Positions 42,938-55,355 of a DNA stretch of 64,000 nucleotides are shown here, in pieces; position 1 is the first letter of the stretch; each line of letters begins with the position of its first letter. Under the pieces are notes generated by a model, which saw only the letters and a list, made by a program, of their open reading frames with translations, was not told where the DNA came from and made no database searches. The position numbers were made by a program, and so were the translations under genes. The DNA is taken from assembly GCA_963822945.1 (NCBI GenBank), contig CAWGJO010000014.1:1-64000 (forward strand), in the 5' to 3' direction. Source of the DNA: an uncultured Gemmatimonadaceae bacterium. Its GTDB lineage: Bacteria; Gemmatimonadota; Gemmatimonadetes; Gemmatimonadales; Gemmatimonadaceae.

Positions 42938-44026
42938 ATGCGAACTCTCTCTCGTCTGGCCGTCGCCGCCGCCTTCGTCGCCGTTGGCGCGACGGGCGCC
43001 GCGGCCCAAACCACCGTCACGATCCCCCTCAAGTTCTCGGGAGTCGTATACGCGGACTGGCAGAACGGCGGCACCAAGGCACAGCGCGCGATGAACAAGT
43101 TCGACCTCACGCGGGCGTACCTCAACTTCGTGATGCCGGCCGGCGACAACGTGACCGTGCGCGTCACCACCGATGTGCTCAACAACCCGGCCTCCGGATA
43201 CAACGGGTGGCAGGCCCGCATGAAGTACGCCTTCATGGAATGGTCGGCCTGGCAGGACAAGGGCACCAATCCCGCGTCGCTCAAGTTCCGCTTCGGCCTC
43301 GAGCAGACGCCGGAAATCGACATGATGGAGAGCTTCTGGCAGCGCGGGATCACCAACACCCCGATCGACTTCCTCGGCTTCGTGCCGTCGTCGGATCTCG
43401 GCGCCGTCGCGATCTACAACCTCCCCGGCAAGATGGGCCAGTTCTACGGCGGGGTCTTCAACGGCAACGGGTACGGCTCCACCGAAACCAACCGCTTCAA
43501 GAACGTCAACGTCCGCTTCAGTTGGACGCCCCTCATGACCTCCACCGGGGCCGGCTGGTTCAAGGGCCTGCAGATCAGCCCCTACTATCAGAAGGGGTAC
43601 ACGGCCAGCAACTTCGACGCGACCGGCCCGGGGCTGCAGCACGACCTGTGGGGTGTCCACGTCGGCGTGAAGGATCCCCGGCTGACGGTCGTCGGTGAGT
43701 ACGACAGCCGCACCAATGGCGCCGATACGCCCGTCAGCGCGAACGTGACCACGACGACCGGCGCCGTGTACTCGGCGTTCACGATCTTCCGGCCGCTGGC
43801 GTTCATGAACAACACGCCGACCAATCCCTGGTCGATCGTGCTGCGCGCCGATCAGTACAAGCCGAACACCAACGTGAGCGCCTACCAGCGCTTCCTCATC
43901 GGCGGCGTCGGCTACGACATCAGCAGCAAGGTCACGGTGTACGCCGACTATCAGGACATCGAGGGCCACAGCGGCAACACGTCGGACGTCAAGGCGTTCT
44001 ACTTCCACTTCATCATGGGCTTCTAG
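42938..44026 (+). CDS. Outer-membrane beta-barrel, putative phosphate porin
   Basis: Signal peptide (AAAQ), FDLTRAYLNF, MKYAFMEW, GVFNGNGY and a C-terminal Phe; first gene of the pst operon. Confidence 0.75.
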   Translation: MRTLSRLAVAAAFVAVGATGAAAQTTVTIPLKFSGVVYADWQNGGTKAQRAMNKFDLTRAYLNFVMPAGDNVTVRVTTDVLNNPASGYNGWQARMKYAFMEWSAWQDKGTNPASLKFRFGLEQTPEIDMMESFWQRGITNTPIDFLGFVPSSDLGAVAIYNLPGKMGQFYGGVFNGNGYGSTETNRFKNVNVRFSWTPLMTSTGAGWFKGLQISPYYQKGYTASNFDATGPGLQHDLWGVHVGVKDPRLTVVGEYDSRTNGADTPVSANVTTTTGAVYSAFTIFRPLAFMNNTPTNPWSIVLRADQYKPNTNVSAYQRFLIGGVGYDISSKVTVYADYQDIEGHSGNTSDVKAFYFHFIMGF

Positions 44027-44059
44027 CCCCATCTCTCGCCTTTCGAGGACCAACGACTC

Positions 44060-45077
44060 ATGAAGCGTTTCCTTCTCGCAGTAGTCGCCCTGGCCGCCAT
44101 CGGCGCGCCAGCCGCGGCGCAGGACCTGACCGGCGCGGGGTCGAGCTTCGCCGCGCCGATCTACAACAAGTGGGCGGACACTTACGCCAAGAAGACCGGC
44201 GTCAAGATCAACTACGCGTCGGTCGGTTCCGGCGCCGGCATCCGCCAGATTTCCGAGCAGACCGTCGACTTCGGCGCCACCGACGGGCCGATGACGGATG
44301 CGCAGATGGCGCAGGCCAAGGGCGGACCCATCCTGCACATCCCCACCGTGATCGGCGCCGTCGCGATCTCCTACAACCTGCCGAGCGTCAAGCAGCACCT
44401 GAAGATGACGGGCCCGTTGCTGGCCGACATCTATCTCGGCAAGGTCACCAAGTGGAACGATCCGAGGATCCAGCAGATCAACCCGGGCGTGGCGCTGCCG
44501 AACAAGAACATCGTTGTGGTCCACCGGTCGGACGGAAGTGGTACGACCTACATCGTCACCGACTACCTGTCGAACGTGAGTCCGGCATGGGCCAACGGCC
44601 CCGGCAAGGCCACGGCGATTCAGTGGCCGGTGGGTCTCGGCGCCAAGGGCAATGAAGGCGTCGCGGGCCAGGTGCGGCAGATCGAGGGCGCCATCGGCTA
44701 CGTCGAGCTGGCGTACGTGCTCACCAACCACATGACCTACTGCCTGCTGCAGAACAAGGACGGCAAGTGGGTGGCGCCGTCGCTCGCCGGCGCTACCGAC
44801 GCGGCCGCGGGTACGGCGGCCAAGCTGCCCGCCAACTCCGACTTCCGCATCTCGATCGTGAACTCGCCGGGTGCGGGCTCCTATCCGATCTCCTCGTTCA
44901 CCTGGATCCTGATGTACAAGCACCAGGCGAACGCCGCCAAGGGCAAGAAGCTCGTCGACTTCATCCGCTGGGCCATGAACAGCGGCGATCCGGAGGCCAC
45001 CTCGCTCGCAGTACGCCACCCTTCCCAAGAACATGAAGGCCATGGTGCTCAAGCGGTTGCAGGAAGTGACCTACTAG
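44060..45077 (+). CDS. pstS: Phosphate-binding protein PstS (frameshift at ~45007)
   Basis: GAGSSF, YASVGSGAG, DFGATD, RSDGSGTT, GNEGV and YPISSFTW. The true C-terminus QYATLPKNMKAMVLKRLQEVTY* lies in the shifted frame. Confidence 0.95.
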
Positions 45078-45094
45078 CAGGTCCAGTCCGGCCC

Positions 45095-45132
45095 GTTACA
45101 CGGCCGTTACAGAGCAGTCCGCAGGTTGTTGC
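45095..45132 (+). promoter_or_regulatory. PHO-box-like repeats in the pstS-pstC intergenic region
   Basis: GTTAC (45095), GTTAC (45106), GTCCG (45117) and GTTGC (45128), with an exact 11-bp period. Confidence 0.6.
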
Positions 45133-45178
45133 GACCCAGCGCGAGCCTTCACGTTCACTCGGGACCCCAGGTCCCCCG

Positions 45179-46177
45179 ATGGACGTGGAGGCTTTGCCTT
45201 TGGAAGACGCCACTGGCGTGCAGGTGACGGACGGGCTGGCCCCCGCGGGCCCGCGCATGGAAGGGGCGGCGCTGGGCGACCGGGTCTACCGATGGCTGAC
45301 CACGGGGGCCGCGCTCCTCGTTCCCCTCCTGCTCGGCTTCATTGCGTTCGAGATCTTCAAGGCGGGGTGGCCCGCCTTCCAGAAGGCCGGATGGTCTTTC
45401 TTCACATCGAGCCACTGGAACCCCGTCACCGGCGAATTCGGGGCGGCGCCGGCCATCTTCGGCACCCTGGTCTCGTCGGCCATCGCGCTCGTCATCGCGA
45501 CGCCGCTCGCCATCGGCACCGCGGTGTTCCTGTCGGAACTCGCCCCGCGCTGGGTCGCCCAGCCCATCGGCTTCCTGGTCGACCTCCTGGCCGCCATCCC
45601 GAGCGTGGTATACGGACTGTGGGGCATCTTCGCGCTCGAGCCGCTGATGCGGAGTACCGTGGCGCCCTTCATCCAGGACACGCTGCACCTGGGCAACCTC
45701 CCGATCTTCGCCGGGGTTTCGTACGGGCCGGGCATGCTCACCGCCGGCGTGATCCTGGCCATCATGATCGTGCCGTACATCTCGGCCGTGACACGCGAGG
45801 TCCTGCTCGCCGTTCCACGCTCACAGCGTGAGGCCGCGCTCGCGCTCGGTGCCACGCGGTGGGAGATGATTCGCGACGCGGTGATCCCGGGGGCGCGGTC
45901 GGGCATCGTGGGTGGCATCGTGCTCGGATTGGGCCGCGCGCTCGGTGAGACGATGGCCGTGACGATGGTCATCGGGAATGCGCCGAAGATCTCGGCGTCG
46001 CTGTTCTCTTCCGGCTACACGATGGCCTCGATCATCGCCAACGAATTCAGCGAGGCCAGCAGCGACGCCCATCTCTCGGCGCTGATGGCCATCGGGGCCT
46101 CGCTCATGGGCATTACGCTGATCGTCAACATCATCGCCCGCTGGCTGGTGAATCGGGTGGGAGCGCGGGTGCGATGA
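45179..46177 (+). CDS. pstC: Phosphate ABC permease PstC (start uncertain)
   Basis: AIFGTLVSS, LLAAIPSVVYGLWG, EAALALGATRWE and GRALGETMAV. Confidence 0.95.
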   Translation: MDVEALPLEDATGVQVTDGLAPAGPRMEGAALGDRVYRWLTTGAALLVPLLLGFIAFEIFKAGWPAFQKAGWSFFTSSHWNPVTGEFGAAPAIFGTLVSSAIALVIATPLAIGTAVFLSELAPRWVAQPIGFLVDLLAAIPSVVYGLWGIFALEPLMRSTVAPFIQDTLHLGNLPIFAGVSYGPGMLTAGVILAIMIVPYISAVTREVLLAVPRSQREAALALGATRWEMIRDAVIPGARSGIVGGIVLGLGRALGETMAVTMVIGNAPKISASLFSSGYTMASIIANEFSEASSDAHLSALMAIGASLMGITLIVNIIARWLVNRVGARVR

Positions 46178-47013
46178 TTCGCCGCAAACTGGCCAACGTG
46201 GCGATGCTCACCCTGATGTGGCTGGCGGCGGCGGTCGTGCTGCTGCCGCTGGTGCTCATCCTGTGGAACCTGTTCCAACAGGGCGCGTCGTCGGTGAACT
46301 GGGCGTTCTTCACCAAACCCACGAGTCCGCCGGACACGCCGGGCGGAGGTATGTCGAACGCGATCGTCGGCACCCTCATCCTGCTCGGCATCGCGTCGGC
46401 AGTGGGGCTGCCAGTCGGCATCGGCGCCGGCATCTACCTGGCCGAGCAGCGGTCGGCCCGCCTGGCGAGCGTGGTGCGGTTTCTGTCGGACGTCCTGAAC
46501 GGGGTCCCCTCGATCGTCACCGGTATCTTCGCCTGGCAGGTGATGGTGCGGCCGGTGGGGCACTTCTCGGCGCTGGCCGGCGGCGTGGCGCTGGGCACGA
46601 TGATGATCCCCCTCGCGGCCCGCACCACCGAGGAGATGATCCGGACCGTGCCCAATTCGCTGCGCGAGGCGGCGCTCGCCCTGGGCTACACCAATTGGCG
46701 GACGTCGCTGTTCATCGTGGCCCGCACCGCGCTGCCGGGGATCGTCACCGGAGCCCTCGTGGCGCTCTCGCGCGTGGCGGGCGAGACGGCGCCGCTGCTG
46801 TTCACCGCGCTCGGGAACAACTTCTGGTCGATCGATCCGGCCAAGCCCATCGCGGCGCTTCCGCTGAATCTCTACTTCTACGCCATCAGCCCCTACGATT
46901 CCTGGCACCGGATGGCCTGGGCCGCGGCGCTGGTGCTCATCGGCCTGGTGTTGCTGATCAGTGTCGCGGCGCGCTACGCGGCACGTCCAAAATTCGGCAA
47001 GGCCGTTGACTAG
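46174..47013 (+). CDS. pstA: Phosphate ABC permease PstA
   Basis: NAIVGT, GVPSIV, REAALALG and RVAGETAPLLFT. Confidence 0.95.
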   Translation: MIRRKLANVAMLTLMWLAAAVVLLPLVLILWNLFQQGASSVNWAFFTKPTSPPDTPGGGMSNAIVGTLILLGIASAVGLPVGIGAGIYLAEQRSARLASVVRFLSDVLNGVPSIVTGIFAWQVMVRPVGHFSALAGGVALGTMMIPLAARTTEEMIRTVPNSLREAALALGYTNWRTSLFIVARTALPGIVTGALVALSRVAGETAPLLFTALGNNFWSIDPAKPIAALPLNLYFYAISPYDSWHRMAWAAALVLIGLVLLISVAARYAARPKFGKAVD

Positions 47014-47895
47014 ATGACCGCCCCGACGCCGGCTCCCATGTCGAGCCCCGACGCGCCGCCGCACCCGTCCGCCGCCGCGCCCCGGCCGGCGGCCCCGGTG
47101 CGCGCCCCCGACGAGCAGGCCGATCCGGGGCGTGTGATGTTGAGCGCGAGCGGGTTGAATGCGTACTTCGGCGCGCTGCACGCGGTGCGCGACGTTTCCA
47201 TCGAGTTTCGGGAGCGCGAGGTCACGGCCATCATCGGGCCGTCGGGCTGCGGCAAGTCCACCCTGCTCCGCTGTCTCAACCGGATGCACGAGACCGTGCC
47301 CGGGGGCCGGGTCACGGGCCACATCGAATTTCACGGGCAGGACCTGTACGCGCCGGAAGTGAATCCGATTGCGGTGCGCCGGCACATCGGCATGGTCTTT
47401 CAGCGGCCCACGCCCTTCCCCACACTCAGTATCCGCGACAACGTCTCGGCCGGGCTGCGCGCGCTGCATCGGAACCAGCGGCCGCCGAAGTCCGAAGTGG
47501 AGGGCATGGTGGAACGCGCCCTGCGCGACGCCGGGCTGTGGGACGAGGTGAAGGACCGCCTCGGAACGGGTGCCATCGGCCTGTCGGGCGGCCAGCAGCA
47601 GCGGCTGTGCATCGCCCGGGCGCTGGCCACCTCGCCGAGCGTGTTGCTGCTCGACGAACCGACCGCCTCGCTCGACCCCCTGAGCACGCAGAAGGTCGAG
47701 GAATTGGTCTATGACCTGCGGAAGCAGTTCACGGTGGTCATCGTGACGCACAACATGCAGCAGGCGGCGCGCGTGTCCGACCGCACGGCGTTCATGCTCG
47801 CCGGCGAACTGGTGGAGGTGGCGCCCACGGGCAAGTTGTTCACCACGCCCGCCGATCCGCGCACCGAGGCGTACGTCACCGGGCGGTTCGGATGA
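47014..47895 (+). CDS. pstB: Phosphate ABC ATPase PstB, copy 1
   Basis: [22 protein letters not shown] and [10 protein letters not shown]. Confidence 0.95.
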   Translation: MTAPTPAPMSSPDAPPHPSAAAPRPAAPVRAPDEQADPGRVMLSASGLNAYFGALHAVRDVSIEFREREVTAIIGPSGCGKSTLLRCLNRMHETVPGGRVTGHIEFHGQDLYAPEVNPIAVRRHIGMVFQRPTPFPTLSIRDNVSAGLRALHRNQRPPKSEVEGMVERALRDAGLWDEVKDRLGTGAIGLSGGQQQRLCIARALATSPSVLLLDEPTASLDPLSTQKVEELVYDLRKQFTVVIVTHNMQQAARVSDRTAFMLAGELVEVAPTGKLFTTPADPRTEAYVTGRFG

Positions 47896-48647
47896 ACGGC
47901 GAGATCCAGGCCGAGGACTTCTCCTTCTGGTACGGGGAGACGCAGGCGCTCAAGCACATCTCGCTCACCCTGCCCCCGGGCCAGATCACGGCGCTCATCG
48001 GGCCGTCGGGCTGCGGCAAGTCCACGTTCCTCCGCTCCATCAACCGGCTGCAGGAGATCATTCCCGGCACGCGCCACGAGGGCGTCCTGCGCCTCGACGG
48101 CGCGGACATCCACGCCGCGGGGGTAGACGTCGTGGCGCTTCGCCGCCGCATCGGGATGGTGTTCCAGCGCTGGAATCCCTTTCCCCGGTCGATCTACGGC
48201 AACGTGGCCTACGGACCGCGGATCAACGGCATTCGGGACAACGCCCGGGTGGACGAGATCGTCGAGACGTCGCTGCGGCGCGCCGCGCTCTGGGACGAAG
48301 TGAAGGACCGGCTCCGGCAGAGCGCGCTCGGCCTCTCCGGCGGCCAGCAGCAGCGGCTGTGCATCGCCCGGGCGCTGGCCAACGATCCGGAGGTGCTCCT
48401 GCTCGACGAGCCGGCCAGCGCGCTCGACCCCCTCTCGACGCAGAAGATCGAGGAGTTACTGTTCGAGCTTCGCGGGTCGCTCACCGTGGTGATCGTCACG
48501 CACAATCTGCAGCAGGCGGCGCGAGCCTCCGACCACACCGCGTTCTTCTTTCTGGGCGAACTGATCGAGGCCGCCCCCACGCAGACCATATTCACGGCGC
48601 CATCGGACGACCGCACCGAGGCGTACATCACGGGGAGGTTCGGATGA
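47892..48647 (+). CDS. pstB: Phosphate ABC ATPase PstB, copy 2
   Basis: [22 protein letters not shown] and [10 protein letters not shown]. Confidence 0.95.
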   Translation: MNGEIQAEDFSFWYGETQALKHISLTLPPGQITALIGPSGCGKSTFLRSINRLQEIIPGTRHEGVLRLDGADIHAAGVDVVALRRRIGMVFQRWNPFPRSIYGNVAYGPRINGIRDNARVDEIVETSLRRAALWDEVKDRLRQSALGLSGGQQQRLCIARALANDPEVLLLDEPASALDPLSTQKIEELLFELRGSLTVVIVTHNLQQAARASDHTAFFFLGELIEAAPTQTIFTAPSDDRTEAYITGRFG

Positions 48648-49402
48648 GTCCAGTCGATACGGCCGGCAAGTATCGCCATTTTCACGAGCAGCTCGCCGAG
48701 CTGACCCAACGGCTGCTGGACATGTCCGACCGCGCCACGTCGCTCATCGACCTCGCCGTGGACGGTCTGCTCTCCCGCGACCCGAACGCCGCCGAGGCGG
48801 TGCTCACGGGCGACCGGGAACTCGACGCCATGGAACTCGAGATCGAGGACCGCGCCGTGGCGCTGCTCGCGCTGCAGCAGCCGATGGCGCGCGATCTCCG
48901 CTTCCTCGTGAGCACGATCAAGATCTCCAGCGACCTCGAGCGCGTGGGCGACCACGCCGTCAACATCGCGCAGAGCACCCTGCGCCTGGCCGCCATGCGC
49001 ACGCGCATCACGCCGGATCCCGAGATCGCCGACATGGCGCGGCGTGCCCGCCGCATGCTCGGCGACGCGCTCACCGCCTTCGTACGCAGCGACGGCGCCC
49101 TGGGCCGCGCCGTGTGCCAGGCCGACGACGCGGTCGACTCCCTGCACGACTCGATGTTCCGCATCCTGCTCACGCATATGATGGCGGACCCGCACACGAT
49201 CAACGCGTCGCTGGAGCTGCTGCTGGTGAGCCGCAATCTGGAACGCGTGGCCGACCTGGCGACGAACATCGGCGAAGACGCGGTGTTCCTGGCCGAGGGC
49301 AAGCAGATCAAACATCATGCGGAGCGTCCCACGGCCCCGCGCGCGCCGGATGCGGCGCCGGCGGACGAGGGCTCCGGCAGCACCGAACCTCAGGCCGGCT
49401 GA
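48644..49402 (+). CDS. phoU: Phosphate signalling protein PhoU
   Basis: [22 protein letters not shown] and [14 protein letters not shown]. Confidence 0.96.
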   Translation: MSPVDTAGKYRHFHEQLAELTQRLLDMSDRATSLIDLAVDGLLSRDPNAAEAVLTGDRELDAMELEIEDRAVALLALQQPMARDLRFLVSTIKISSDLERVGDHAVNIAQSTLRLAAMRTRITPDPEIADMARRARRMLGDALTAFVRSDGALGRAVCQADDAVDSLHDSMFRILLTHMMADPHTINASLELLLVSRNLERVADLATNIGEDAVFLAEGKQIKHHAERPTAPRAPDAAPADEGSGSTEPQAG

Positions 49403-49423
49403 CGCGGGCGACCGGGCGCCCCG

Positions 49424-50323
49424 CTACGGCGAGGCCGGCTCGGCGACGACGGCCAGCCAGTTCCCGTCGGGGCTCAACGCCAGCCGCGACAGGTTGCGGA
49501 GCCCGTCCTCCCGGAAGTCGGCGATCGGCGTCCAGCGGGCAGCCGCGCCACCCGACAGATCGAGGCGGTAGATCAGCGTGCCGGCGGCGGTGAGCACCGC
49601 CGTGGGGGACTCCCACACCACGTAGTGGGCGCCCCGCGGCATCCGGGCCACGCGCCGGATCGCGCCGTCGGCCGCTCCCGGATCCGCGGTCTCCAGATAC
49701 CATCCGGAGTCGGCGCGCTGGAGGTACGAGAAGCGGGGGCCCCCCGGCACACGTTGCAGCGACTGCCCGATGTCGTGTGCAATGACGCGGCCCGTATCGG
49801 TGTGCGTGTCCGCGATCTCGAGCGTGTTCGGCGATCCGAGTACGAACAGCGCCACCGTGTGGTCGTCCAGCCAGACGTGGTAGCCCACCGGTGCGATGTT
49901 GGGGAGCAGGAGTACGGGCGCCTGTCCCGCCGCATTGAACGCCCAGAGGCGCTGCGCCGAGTCGCGCTCCACACGCACCACGCTGAAGCCGTCGCCGGTG
50001 GGCATCGGGGTGGGCGAATACTCGCTCTCCACGGTGTGCGTCAACCGGGTGCTCGCGCGGGTCCGGAGATCGATCCGGTAGGTGTCCGCCTGCCCGTCGT
50101 CGCCGATCGCGGTGTACAGCAGGGCCCGGCCATCCGGCGTGAAGGCGGGCTGGTTGTCGTAGCCGGGCCGGTGCGTGAGGTTCACCGGGGGATCGCTGAT
50201 CGCGCCGCCCGCGGCGCCACGCAGCCGGACGAGGTAGATGTCGGTGGCCGGCGGCGCGCTCTGCGCGGCGAGGGCCGAGGCCGTGACCAGCACCGCGAGC
50301 ATGCCGCCGATCGTGCGCTTCAT
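49424..50323 (-). CDS. Secreted TolB-like/WD40 beta-propeller protein
   Basis: Signal peptide, NLTHRPGYDNQPAFTPDG, ESEYSP and RLALSPDG. Confidence 0.75.
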   Translation of the reverse strand: MKRTIGGMLAVLVTASALAAQSAPPATDIYLVRLRGAAGGAISDPPVNLTHRPGYDNQPAFTPDGRALLYTAIGDDGQADTYRIDLRTRASTRLTHTVESEYSPTPMPTGDGFSVVRVERDSAQRLWAFNAAGQAPVLLLPNIAPVGYHVWLDDHTVALFVLGSPNTLEIADTHTDTGRVIAHDIGQSLQRVPGGPRFSYLQRADSGWYLETADPGAADGAIRRVARMPRGAHYVVWESPTAVLTAAGTLIYRLDLSGGAAARWTPIADFREDGLRNLSRLALSPDGNWLAVVAEPASP

Positions 50324-50353
50324 GGCGATCCTCCCGGGCACCGGGCCCGTTGG

Positions 50354-50854
50354 CTATTCGAGTTCCAACAACACGGCGCCCTTCTCCACGGCCACGCCCG
50401 CGGATACGAGGACGGCCTTCACCGTGGCGTCGGTCGTGGCCCGCAGTTCGTTCTCCATCTTCATGGCTTCCATCACCACGAGTCCCTGCCCGGCCCGCAC
50501 CTGGTCGCCGGGCTTGGCATTGACGCGCACGATGAGCCCGGGCATGGGGGCCACGAGCGGCGCCGGTCCCGTGGCGGCGGCCGCCGCGCCCGCGAGTTCC
50601 CGGATCGTCCGCGCGCGTTCGTCCAGCGCATCGACCTCGAACCGATAGCCGTCGATGGACAGCGTGTAGAGGCCACGGCGCTCGCCGGGGCGCACCAGCA
50701 CGCGGTGCACGGTGTCGCCGATGCTGACGAGCTGCATGGGCGTGCCCTCGACGTCCGCCAGATGCGCGCGGACCGACTCGCCGTCGGCATGCACGCCACT
50801 GCCGTCGAGGACGACCTCGTGTTCCTCCCCGTTCACCGTGACGAAGTACTTCAC
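50354..50854 (-). CDS. Biotin carboxyl carrier protein with an N-terminal extension
   Basis: APMPG..EAMKMENEL biotinylation motif. Confidence 0.92.
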   Translation of the reverse strand: MKYFVTVNGEEHEVVLDGSGVHADGESVRAHLADVEGTPMQLVSIGDTVHRVLVRPGERRGLYTLSIDGYRFEVDALDERARTIRELAGAAAAATGPAPLVAPMPGLIVRVNAKPGDQVRAGQGLVVMEAMKMENELRATTDATVKAVLVSAGVAVEKGAVLLELE

Positions 50855-52101
50855 GCCGCCACTCCCTCCTCGAGACGTAGTTCGCAGACGGTCTCCACGT
50901 GTGCCGTCTGCGGAAACATGTCGAATCCCACCACCGACGCCACCCGGTACGAGGGAAGCCGCCCCACGTCCCGCGCCAGAGTGGCGGGATCACAACTGAC
51001 GTAGATGATGGCGCCCGCCTTCGGCCCCGCCTGCTCCAGCGCCCGCGTCACGGCGGCCGCCGTTCCCGCACGCGGCGGGTTGAGCACCACGAGATCGGCC
51101 GGCAGCGCACCGGGCAGCGCGTGCTCAACGGAATCCGCCACCGCGCGAGAGCCCGCCGGCAGCCGGGCCGCCGCCACGCGGCTCGCCGCGCGGTCCAACT
51201 CGATGGCCACCACGGATGCACCCGCGCGCGCCATGGGCTCCGCCGTGTCCCCCACTCCCGAATAGGCGTCGATCACCCGCCCCGGTGCATGCGCCGCCAC
51301 CAGCGCCAACACGTGGGCGCGCATCTGCTCGGCGACTTCGGCGTTCACCTGCGTGAACGACGCCCCGTGCTCCTGTCCCGGCCCCCGATCGGCCATCAAC
51401 CGGCGCCGGCCGTTGGGGCCGCCGGCAATCCACCAGATGGCCACCAGCGAGGGGATCGCGTCCAGCAGTTCCCGCGCCGTCGACCAGGCGTCGGCGCCCT
51501 CCACCACCAGGGCCGCGCCATCGCCGAGCAGCCGCACCGACGCGCGCAGCGTCTTCCCATCGGGCAGGAGTTCGGCATGCGCGAGCACGTCCCGCCAGAC
51601 AGCGATGACGCGCTCGTCGGTGATCGGACAGTCGTCGAGCGCGAACACCTCGGCGGGCGCGTCGAAGCGGTGGAGGCCGGCGATCCACGCGGTGCCGGAC
51701 CGGCGGAGCGCGAGCGTCAACTTGGTCCGGTATCGCCATGCCGCAGATCCGTGCCGTATCTCGGGCAGCTCCATCGGGCGACGGGCGATGCGCTGGAACG
51801 CGTCGCGAATCATCCCCGCCTTGGCCGCACGCTGCGCGCCGGCCGAGAGGTGCTGCAGCTGGCACCCGCCGCATCGGTCGCCGTCGTAGTGCGGACACGG
51901 GGGCGGCACGCGATCCGACGACGGTACGAGCACGTCGACCGCGGTGGCGCGGGCGAAGCGCTTGCCGCGCTCGACGGTGGCGCGGATCCGGTCGCCGGGC
52001 GCCGTGCGCGGTGCGAACACCACCAGTCCATCGGCCCGCCCGACTCCATCGCCACCCGCCGCGATGCCGTGGATGTCGAGTTCGACGACGTCGGCCGTCA
52101 C
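50851..52101 (-). CDS. RNA (uracil-5)-methyltransferase, RlmD/TrmA family
   Basis: TRAM-like N-terminus, CPHY..CGGCQLQH Fe-S motif, SFTQVN, DAYSGVG, NPPRAG, YVSCDPATLARD and DMFPQTAHVE. Confidence 0.9.
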   Translation of the reverse strand: MTADVVELDIHGIAAGGDGVGRADGLVVFAPRTAPGDRIRATVERGKRFARATAVDVLVPSSDRVPPPCPHYDGDRCGGCQLQHLSAGAQRAAKAGMIRDAFQRIARRPMELPEIRHGSAAWRYRTKLTLALRRSGTAWIAGLHRFDAPAEVFALDDCPITDERVIAVWRDVLAHAELLPDGKTLRASVRLLGDGAALVVEGADAWSTARELLDAIPSLVAIWWIAGGPNGRRRLMADRGPGQEHGASFTQVNAEVAEQMRAHVLALVAAHAPGRVIDAYSGVGDTAEPMARAGASVVAIELDRAASRVAAARLPAGSRAVADSVEHALPGALPADLVVLNPPRAGTAAAVTRALEQAGPKAGAIIYVSCDPATLARDVGRLPSYRVASVVGFDMFPQTAHVETVCELRLEEGVAA

Positions 52102-53650
52102 CGCAGGCCTTCGAGGCGGGCGGCGCGCGTCCAGGGCGACTCGCCCCGCGATTCCGTGGATACGGGGCTCCCGTTGGGGCGCCGCGCCATGCGGTCGCGC
52201 TCGGCCAGCAGCGCGCCGGCAATCGCCGCCACGCGCGCGGCGTCCGCCGGCGGCTGCACCGTGGTGAGCGATGCCAGGCGTCGCTCCAGCCACTGGATCT
52301 CGATGTCGCCGCGCCGGAACTCCTCGTCCTCCATGACGCGCAGGTGGAAGTCGCGCGACGTCTCGATCCCATCCACCGCCAGTTCCATGAGCGCGCGGTG
52401 CATGCGGCTCACGGCCGCCTCACGATCGGCGGCCCAGACGATCAGCTTGGCGAGCATCGGATCGTAGAACAGCCCGACCTCGCTGCCCACCTCGACGCCG
52501 CCGTCCCAGCGCACGCCCGGTCCGGCGGAAGGTGCAGATAGGTGATGCGACCCGTGGAGGGCAGGAAGCCGTTGTTCGGATCCTCGCTCGTGATCCGGCA
52601 TTCGATGGCCCATCCTTTCGGCGTCAGATGCTCGAACGCTCGGGAATGGGCTCACCGGCGGCGACGCGCAGCTGCCATTGCACGAGATCGATCCCCGTGA
52701 CGAACTCGGTGACCGGATGCTCCACCTGGAGCCGCGTGTTCATCTCGAGGAAGTAGTAGTTCCCGTCGCGATCGAGCAGGAACTCGCACGTCCCGGCGTT
52801 GCGATAGCCGGCGGCCTTGGCCATGCGCACCGCCGTGTCGCCCATTTCGCGCCGCAGTTCGGGGGTCACGGCCACGCTCGGCGCTTCCTCGATCATCTTC
52901 TGATGGCGCCGCTGTACGGAGCACTCCCGCTCGCCGAGCGACACGCAGCGCCCGTGTTCGTCGGCGAGGACCTGGATCTCCACGTGTCGCGGTCCGACGA
53001 TGTACTTCTCCACGTACACGCTGTCGTCGCCGAAGGCGTTCTTCGCCTCGCGCCGCGCGGTCTCCAGCGACGACGCCATCTCCTCGGGCTTGTGGACCAC
53101 CCGCATCCCCTTGCCCCCACCGCCGGCGGCGGCCTTGAGCAAGACCGGGTAGCCGAACCGTTCGGCGATGGCCTGCGCCTCCGCCGCGTCGGCCAGGGCC
53201 TCCGTGGTCCCCGGTACGATGGGCACGTTCGCCTTCCTGCCAGCTGGCGTGCCGCCGTCTTGCTGCCCATGGCGGCGATGGCCTCGGGGGGCGGTCCGAT
53301 GAACACCAGCCCGGCCTCGCGCACGGCGCGCGAGAACCACTCGCGCTCGGAGAGGAATCCGTACCCCGGATGAATGGCCTGCGCGCCCACCTGTTTGGCA
53401 ACCTCGATGATCCGGTCGCCCGCCAGGTAGCTCTCCGACGCCGCGGCGCCGCCGATATGCACCGCCTCGTCGGCCTCGCGCACGTGCGGGGCGCGCGCGT
53501 CGGCGTCGCTGTAGACGGCCACCGATCGGATCCCCATCTCGCGGCAGGCGCGGATGATGCGCACGGCGATCTCGCCGCGGTTGGCGATCAGGACCTTCTG
53601 CAGCGGCCGTGCGCCGCCCGCCGGAGCGCCCGCCGCCTTCTTGCGCGGGC

Positions 53651-53654
<4 letters not shown>
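52098..53654 (-). CDS. accC: Biotin carboxylase subunit of an acyl-CoA carboxylase (about 3 frameshifts)
   Basis: [52 protein letters not shown] and YDPMLAKL. Confidence 0.92.
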
Positions 53655-55202
<1,548 letters not shown>

Positions 55203-55298
55203 AGGCGGCAAAGCTAGCCTCTGGGAGGATCGGCTTCCAGACTGGACAACCGTGGCCGACCGGCTCCGGAGACGGCGCGCTCGGGCCCGGATACGACA

Positions 55299-55332
55299 CC
55301 GCCCCGGCCGGGACGAATCCCGGCCGGGGCGG
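55299..55332 (-). terminator. Strong hairpin after rpsA
   Basis: 15-bp perfect stem CCGCCCCGGCCGGGA with a UUCG loop on the minus strand; weak U-tract. Confidence 0.6.
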
Positions 55333-55355
55333 CTCGCGTGCGACGCGACCGAAAA

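Noticed and set aside
44060..46177. 705-aa PstS-PstC fusion ORF
   Set aside because: One extra base near 45007 shifts pstS past its normal C-terminus and stop (45077). The apparent linker is intergenic DNA containing PHO-like repeats.
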